A stretch of DNA of 64,000 nucleotides from contig OZ024760.1 in assembly GCA_964016885.1 (NCBI GenBank), forward strand, positions 9,176,001 to 9,240,000, given 5' to 3'. Under the pieces are notes generated by a model. The model was not told the origin of the DNA. It saw nothing but the letters and a program-made list of their open reading frames with translations, and did not search any database. The position numbers were made by a program, and so were the translations under genes. Within the stretch, counting starts at the first letter, position 1. Each line of letters begins with the position of its first letter. Positions 63,526 through 64,000 of the stretch are shown piece after piece. The DNA is from Eledone cirrhosa (Eukaryota).

Positions 63526-64000
63526 TCTATCTGTATAGGGTTAGGGTGTTGGACTCACAATCATAAGGTTGTCGGGTCAATTCATGGACGGACACACTCA
63601 TTGTGTCCTTGAGCAAGACTCTTCATTTCACACTGCTCCGTTCTTCTCAGCTAGCTGTAAAAAGAAAATAAACGAGTAAGAACAACATAAATATACTGGA
63701 GGTGGGAAGGTTCCCCAGCCATTAGAAAACATACCAAACAAAGAGTGAGGAGGATTTTCAGCTGTGTCACAAACATGACAAACTCTCTAGTGTTGGGGAT
63801 CTGCACCTTAAGCACAGCCAGTTTTGTAAGGGAATCATTCTGTCATAACCATAACAGAATTACAACGAGCTTTTGATTCCAGAGTGTAGCCAGATCGAGT
63901 CTTGAGCTGATCAATCACGAAACACATGCCCCACCTCAATAAATGGAATGAAGATCTAACACCTCGTCCTTTTTATTATTAGTAATAGAGTTCAAATCCC

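Overview
AT-rich, repeat-dense animal genomic DNA. The SINE/RTE repertoire and (TA)n/(GAT)n load suggest an octopodid cephalopod, which is an inference. Two divergently transcribed spliced genes are present. (1) UBL5/Hub1 lies on the - strand with three coding exons in the window (5881-5826, 3135-3052, 2041-2004); the last exon is beyond the left edge. Two of its three coding-region introns carry minor-spliceosome (U12-type) GTATCCTT donors. (2) A CEP350-like centrosomal gene lies on the + strand; about 16 phase-consistent exons can be chained from ~13663 to 63065, including an IQ-motif exon, and it continues past the right edge. Introns hold tRNA-derived SINEs, RTE and CR1 LINE pieces (one 5'-truncated RTE with a long intact ORF containing a PHD-like finger), a decayed full-length mariner, TTAA-flanked MITEs, a Helitron fragment, five long hairpins and many minisatellites, many amplified from TE pieces or seeded at splice donors. 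Most ORF-track entries are repeat artefacts. I found no clearly new biological system. The strongest leads are the double U12 intron in a splicing-factor gene, SINE tail swapping between RTE partners with a covarying 3' stem-loop, a twin-priming-type inverted LINE, a repeat-generated ladder of in-frame splice donors, and the intronic hairpins.
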